From NCBI GenBank assembly GCA_018664825.1, contig JABJNO010000017.1, forward strand, positions 1-48,742: DNA of 48,742 nt, in the 5' to 3' direction. Made by a program: the position numbers and the translations under genes. This DNA comes from Candidatus Parcubacteria bacterium (GTDB lineage Bacteria > Patescibacteriota > Patescibacteriia > UBA1558 > GWA2-36-10). Positions 44,687 through 48,742 of the stretch are shown in pieces; positions within the stretch are counted from its first letter, which is position 1, and every line of letters starts with the position of its first letter. The notes beneath the pieces are model-generated. The model had not been told where the DNA came from, made no database searches, and was given only the letters and a program-made list of their open reading frames with translations.

Positions 44687-44723
44687 GTTATATTAGCAGA
44701 CCCACAGGATCTGTCAAATATAG

Positions 44724-44732
44724 TTATCCACA
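44724..44732 (+). promoter_or_regulatory. Perfect DnaA box next to ncRNA D copy 2 promoter
   Basis: TTATCCACA; copy 1 has TTATCAACA at 39035-39043. Confidence 0.55.
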
Positions 44733-44734
44733 GG

Positions 44735-45256
44735 CTATTTTAGTAGGCCAGTTTTTGACTGAATCCAGTTCCAAGGAGTGGCCTGCATATAATGTAATAG
44801 GTATTCTTGAGCCATTTTTGGTACTAGTAATATAAATAATACTATAAATAATCTTTTTGTAGTAAGCTGAAATTTTTTGAAATAACGATTGCGGGCTGCC
44901 CAAAATAAAAACCAATTTTCAAACAAATTTGGGAATACAAAAAGTAAAACTCGGGTATGTGTAATTTCAAAAAGAACCACGCCTATCAATCTATAGACAA
45001 ACAAGATAATAGAAGTTTTTTTGGCTAGTCCGTGCCACTTTAGACTGACAATAAAAGAAAAAGCTAGATAATACATATCAAGTCCTTTATCTAGTGCTGA
45101 ATAATTGGCAAAATCCCCCATCTGGAATACATCTATCAATATCACGTCAATTGCATCAAGCACAAGGGCTATCACTGTCCCCCAAAAGGGCCAACGAAAG
45201 ATTGAAAGTGGTACGATTAATCTTAGTAGTATGACTATTAGTGGTCCTAATTCCAT
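44735..45256 (-). CDS. Membrane protein
   Basis: LDAID, Y..LDK.LD, FPN.FE, PK..QEY.LH motifs among TM segments. Confidence 0.78.
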   Translation of the reverse strand: MELGPLIVILLRLIVPLSIFRWPFWGTVIALVLDAIDVILIDVFQMGDFANYSALDKGLDMYYLAFSFIVSLKWHGLAKKTSIILFVYRLIGVVLFEITHTRVLLFVFPNLFENWFLFWAARNRYFKKFQLTTKRLFIVLFILLVPKMAQEYLLHYMQATPWNWIQSKTGLLK

Positions 45257-45316
45257 ATTATTTTGGTTATTTTTTTATAAACAAAAAAGGGGTACAAATG
45301 TACGCCCTCTCAGAGA

Positions 45317-45436
45317 TTATTTCTTCTTTTTATTTTTTTTGGCTTCTAGCATTACTCTTTTTGCTTCCAATCTTTTTGGAGTTTTTTTGGAGCTAGATTT
45401 TTGCTTTCTGCCGACTGGATGTCTTCTTTTGGCCAT
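45317..45436 (-). CDS. 39-aa extremely basic peptide (not in ORF track)
   Basis: MAKRRHPVGRKQKSSSKKTPKRLEAKRVMLEAKKNKKKK; followed by hairpin plus U-tract (45310-45283). Confidence 0.7.
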   Translation of the reverse strand: MAKRRHPVGRKQKSSSKKTPKRLEAKRVMLEAKKNKKKK

Positions 45437-45534
45437 ATTGTTAGTTTATATTGATTACTCAAGTATACTAGCTGTTTTTGGGGATTATGGCAATAGTTGA
45501 GCCTACAATGCAGCATAGCTAATCACAATTTCTA

Positions 45535-45975
45535 CTATCTTAAATCCTTCCAAACATCTCCATCTGGGTTTTCTTTTGCCTGTTTACCCAACAACTCTTG
45601 TTCTCTCTTTTTTAACCCTCTTGTCATTTCTTTTGCTATAGGATCATCGGGGTTGGGCATGTCAGCTATAGCCTTTCTTGTGGCTTCAAGTTGTTTTCTA
45701 GTTTTTTCAGCATCCTCTGTTTCTATGTTCTTATCTTTCAAAAATTCTTCTACGCCTACACTTTCTGTGTTATCTGGTGATTCGCCAGAGGTTTCTTTAA
45801 TTTCTTTCATTTTATCTAAAAGTTCAGCTTTTTTTGTTTCAAAATCAGGGTCGTCTTTATCAAGCTTACTAAGATTATCCAATAGATCATCCATTGTATC
45901 AGGCTCCTTATCGTGTTTTTTTTCTTCCCCATCTTCATTGGATGGTGACTCTGATGGTAAGTCAAAATTTGGCAT
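45535..45975 (-). CDS. Acidic hypothetical protein
   Basis: 146 aa, D/E/K-rich, starts MPNFDLP. Confidence 0.72.
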   Translation of the reverse strand: MPNFDLPSESPSNEDGEEKKHDKEPDTMDDLLDNLSKLDKDDPDFETKKAELLDKMKEIKETSGESPDNTESVGVEEFLKDKNIETEDAEKTRKQLEATRKAIADMPNPDDPIAKEMTRGLKKREQELLGKQAKENPDGDVWKDLR

Positions 45976-46061
45976 AGCTATTATTTAATGATTATATTTA
46001 TTTTACCTTATTTTTATAAAAATAAAAAGGGCATTTCGTAAATACGAAACGCCCTGTTGGT

Positions 46062-46808
46062 TTACTTGACTCCGCAGAGCAGAATCAGTCTTTTGTCTTT
46101 ATCAAGGCCCATGGGGATACAACAATTGTTGAAGCTTGGTCCAGTGAGCAAAAACAGCAAACTCATAAACTGGATATCCAGTTGTAGTCCGCATGCCACA
46201 ATAGCAAACAAAAATGTCCTAAACAAGACATAATGTAGTCTGGGGATCATGGTATGGTGCATACCGTAGCGAAATGCGAGCTCCATGGCGTGCATAGTTG
46301 CCAGACCATCACAAGCATCTCGCAATTTTTCACTGTCTTCGGGATTGCCTTCAAACCATGCCTTGGCCTTGGGATGAGGATTGTCCATAATGTGTTGGAA
46401 CAATCTTTCGGAAGTAGTGACAATGTGGAGATCATCAGGGTTGATACAACAGATATCACTCAGATTAGCACCAACCTCCTTATACCAGAAGATGGCTTTT
46501 TTGAGTTCGTCAATATAACCGCGCCAATCCGAGGGAAAAGCTGATTCCTGATTGTTACCCAATTGAATAGGCATGGATAATCTGATCAACTTGCGAGCAA
46601 GGTAATCTCCTTGCTTGGGAAATAGATCGTGGGTCAGTTCACACAGTTCTTGACTGAGCTCTTGTAGCTTGCGTCCGAAGTTTGGTTGGTTAACTATAGC
46701 TTGGAGCTGTACGTTGATTCCTGGTAGGTCTCGAGCTCCTGATTGTACTGAGCCTGTCAGGCTAGCTACTAGATCAAAAAAACGTTTGTAGTCTCGGCTG
46801 CTATCCAC
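46062..46808 (-). CDS. Hypothetical protein
   Basis: GC-richer ORF; probable GTG start 46808 after AAGGA (ORF-track TTG 46841); terminator 46054-46021. Confidence 0.7.
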   Translation of the reverse strand: MDSSRDYKRFFDLVASLTGSVQSGARDLPGINVQLQAIVNQPNFGRKLQELSQELCELTHDLFPKQGDYLARKLIRLSMPIQLGNNQESAFPSDWRGYIDELKKAIFWYKEVGANLSDICCINPDDLHIVTTSERLFQHIMDNPHPKAKAWFEGNPEDSEKLRDACDGLATMHAMELAFRYGMHHTMIPRLHYVLFRTFLFAIVACGLQLDIQFMSLLFLLTGPSFNNCCIPMGLDKDKRLILLCGVK

Positions 46809-46887
46809 AGCGCACCATCCTTGTTGAAATGAACAGGCCAATCCGCTATGAACAGATTGGGTTATCTATGTGTTTAGATAACATTTA

Positions 46888-46959
46888 GACCTTAACACCT
46901 ATCTTTAAATAAGGCAAAAAGCCTTAAATATTGACAAAACATATAATATATGTTATAAA
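46888..46959. promoter_or_regulatory. Divergent double-promoter module, copy 1
   Basis: Minus TTGCCT-17-TAAGGT and plus TTGACA-17-TATAAA; core nearly repeated at 48476-48545. Confidence 0.75.
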
Positions 46960-47006
46960 TAGGTGTTTCGAATAGTTGTTTCAAAACGAATTAAGGAGGC
47001 ATAATT

Positions 47007-47522
47007 GTGAGCGATCAGCTAAAATCTCTCAAGGCTAGACTGACGAGTCACTTGGAAACCTTGTTTCCACCCGAGGCTGTTCAATACATTGTTGAACGCG
47101 TCTTGGTGGTCACCAATCTCTACGACCAACCCCCTGAGGCTCTGTCTCTAGCGGTTGAAAGGATGGAGAAAATCTCCAAGGTCTTTAGTAGCAAGCAGTT
47201 GCTACTTTTCCTCAAGAGAGTCAACCCGACGATTATTCGTCAGTTTGATTTTTTGGAAATCGGAGATGTTGGACTGGATGCAGCCAAATGTATCATGGAG
47301 GGAGCAGAGCTTGCCGAGTATCGTGATTATTATCACCGACGCAAGGCTGAGGCTATCAGCCAAAGAAAAGCTGATATGCTGCAACTCCAAGATGATTATA
47401 TCTGGGAAATTTTGACCAGTAAAAATTGGCGCAAGATCAAGCCATCGACTGGTCATGTCAACGAGATGCCCCGAGCCAGAGCTATTTCTACTCCAATGGG
47501 TGGTCAACCCAAAAAGAGATAG
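47007..47522 (+). CDS. Hypothetical protein
   Basis: SD AAGGAGG, GTG start; ends ISTPMGGQPKKR. Confidence 0.75.
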   Translation: MSDQLKSLKARLTSHLETLFPPEAVQYIVERVLVVTNLYDQPPEALSLAVERMEKISKVFSSKQLLLFLKRVNPTIIRQFDFLEIGDVGLDAAKCIMEGAELAEYRDYYHRRKAEAISQRKADMLQLQDDYIWEILTSKNWRKIKPSTGHVNEMPRARAISTPMGGQPKKR

Positions 47523-47542
47523 ACAGTTCTATCACAAAACAC

Positions 47543-47575
47543 AAGAGCTCTTCTGAGGAAGAGCTCTTTTTATTT
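47543..47575 (+). terminator. Intrinsic terminator
   Basis: AAGAGCTCTTC-TGAG-GAAGAGCTCTT-TTTATTT. Confidence 0.88.
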
Positions 47576-47600
47576 AAATTGGTGAAGAGTATTTCAAAAT

Positions 47601-47804
47601 TTATAATAATCCAGAATAAGATCCCATAATAGTATTCATCATACTAGGTAAAATAAATATCAAGATAATAATAGGTATAACAAATAATAATAGAGTTATG
47701 ACTAGGCTCCAAACAAACATTTTTTTGGTCGTAGCTATAGTCTGATGGATCTGATTTATTTTGGTATCCATATCCTCTATTTTTTTGTATAATTTTTCGT
47801 CCAT
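47601..47804 (-). CDS. Small coiled-coil plus TM protein
   Basis: 67 aa, one long TM segment. Confidence 0.7.
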   Translation of the reverse strand: MDEKLYKKIEDMDTKINQIHQTIATTKKMFVWSLVITLLLFVIPIIILIFILPSMMNTIMGSYSGLL

Positions 47805-47808
47805 AGTT

Positions 47809-48102
47809 TTAAATTGTAAATTTTATAATAATATATGACATAATAACTATATAAAATGATATAAAGAACAAATAAGTCAATCTAGCCTCTCTCTTTTTTA
47901 AAGCCCAGAGCAATAAAAGTGGTAACAACGGAAGTAAATATAAGGGTCTAAGGTCTCCACCTTTTATAATGTCCAACATAGGAAATTTGATAGACATCAA
48001 ATACATAAAAAGAATATAGAATAAAAAAGAAAGAATTCCAAAAATCCAAATTGTGTTTGTGTTTATTTTTAAGCTTAGTTCTTTTACTTTTTCTGAGGGC
48101 AT
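47809..48102 (-). CDS. Small three-TM protein
   Basis: 97-aa hydrophobic ORF. Confidence 0.6.
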   Translation of the reverse strand: MPSEKVKELSLKINTNTIWIFGILSFLFYILFMYLMSIKFPMLDIIKGGDLRPLYLLPLLPLLLLWALKKREARLTYLFFISFYIVIMSYIIIKFTI

Positions 48103-48230
48103 TTTCTTATTTAAAATTTTAAAACATGGCCCAGGCCACCTTCTCCGGCTTCGCCATTCACCTTGTTTTTATTATATCTTATTTTATGTAAATAAAAAAG
48201 GCGTATGTTTTTAACATACGCCTTGTAGAT

Positions 48231-48422
48231 TTATTCTTTCATTTTTGGAAGACTGGGAAAGCGTCCTGGTCTATTGTATATCCCACCTCGTAGACGGCAT
48301 GTTTCTGTGCAATGTTTACAATCGGATCGATCTGGAGTAGGACGTCCTGGTCTGCCCAAGTGTGTCATAAGGCAAATCATTTGATCACTGGGCAATGAAC
48401 TCGTTGGCTCGGGAATGTGCAT
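48231..48422 (-). CDS. Small Cys-rich protein (C...CxxCxxxC)
   Basis: SD GAGGT before ATG 48422; terminator AAGGCGTATGTT/AACATACGCCTT at 48198-48224. Confidence 0.65.
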   Translation of the reverse strand: MHIPEPTSSLPSDQMICLMTHLGRPGRPTPDRSDCKHCTETCRLRGGIYNRPGRFPSLPKMKE

Positions 48423-48475
48423 GTTTTGACCTCTTTTTTTATTCAAAATGAAAGGATTGTACGTTTTTCACATAA

Positions 48476-48545
48476 ATACTAACATTTATCTTTAAATAGG
48501 GCAAAAAGCTTATATATTGACAAAATTGACTAAATATGATATACT
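48476..48545. promoter_or_regulatory. Divergent double-promoter module, copy 2
   Basis: Minus TTGCCC-17-TAGTAT and plus TTGACA-17-TATACT. Confidence 0.75.
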
Positions 48546-48618
48546 ATGATGTTCCCTCGAGTAAAGATGGGGTTTAATACTCCTCCTTTGCGAACTTGTC
48601 CCTTACAAAAGGAAGAAT

Positions 48619-48742
48619 ATGCGTTTTCAAATCTTCTTAAATTCAGTAGTCGCTTTTTTGACCCTGGGTTTTTTCTTTATCACTCTCAACGTATCAACCG
48701 AAAAGGCCCCTGAAAATGCCACTGTCGCTGCTATGTGTGTAG
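48619..48742 (+). CDS. Partial CDS with N-terminal hydrophobic segment
   Basis: AAAGGA SD, MRFQIFLNSVVAFLTLGFFFITL...; runs off the window. Confidence 0.55.
   Translation, partial: MRFQIFLNSVVAFLTLGFFFITLNVSTEKAPENATVAAMCV

Noticed and set aside
43403-45988. Antisense ORFs such as 43403-43819, 45105-45500 and 45497-45988
   Set aside because: Ser/Phe/Leu-rich shadow frames of E/K-rich genes on the opposite strand; the same applies to most short nested ORFs in the track
1-48742. CRISPR array, IS elements, genetic code 25
   Set aside because: No regularly spaced repeats or transposase seen; long genes are intact in code 11 with TGG for Trp

Overview
This AT-rich bacterial window reads in genetic code 11 and looks like Patescibacteria/CPR (Parcubacteria-like). 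That placement is inferred from the SD-less, tightly packed housekeeping genes, a shortened AlaRS, a LxGxGC lipoprotein and many acidic orphans. Bases 1-30.5 kb are mostly core or envelope genes (gltX, def-fmt, pyrD, secA, hpf, alaS, S41 and M23 peptidases, glycosyltransferases). From about 30.6 kb on, and once at 11.3 kb, the window is a mosaic of small self-contained transcription units, each with a near-consensus sigma70 promoter, cargo and its own intrinsic terminator. Protein cargo is GC-richer and carries strong Shine-Dalgarno motifs that the core genes lack. Five units carry structured non-coding RNA instead. The most striking (36.78-37.0 kb) holds, inside a 10-bp closing helix, an ungapped copy of the 23S rRNA L1-stalk head (H76-H78) with compensatory substitutions, next to a tRNA T-loop-like motif. 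Two others (38.8 and 44.5 kb) are paralogues with a conserved scaffold and a variable insert. All family calls come from motif recognition, with no database searches.
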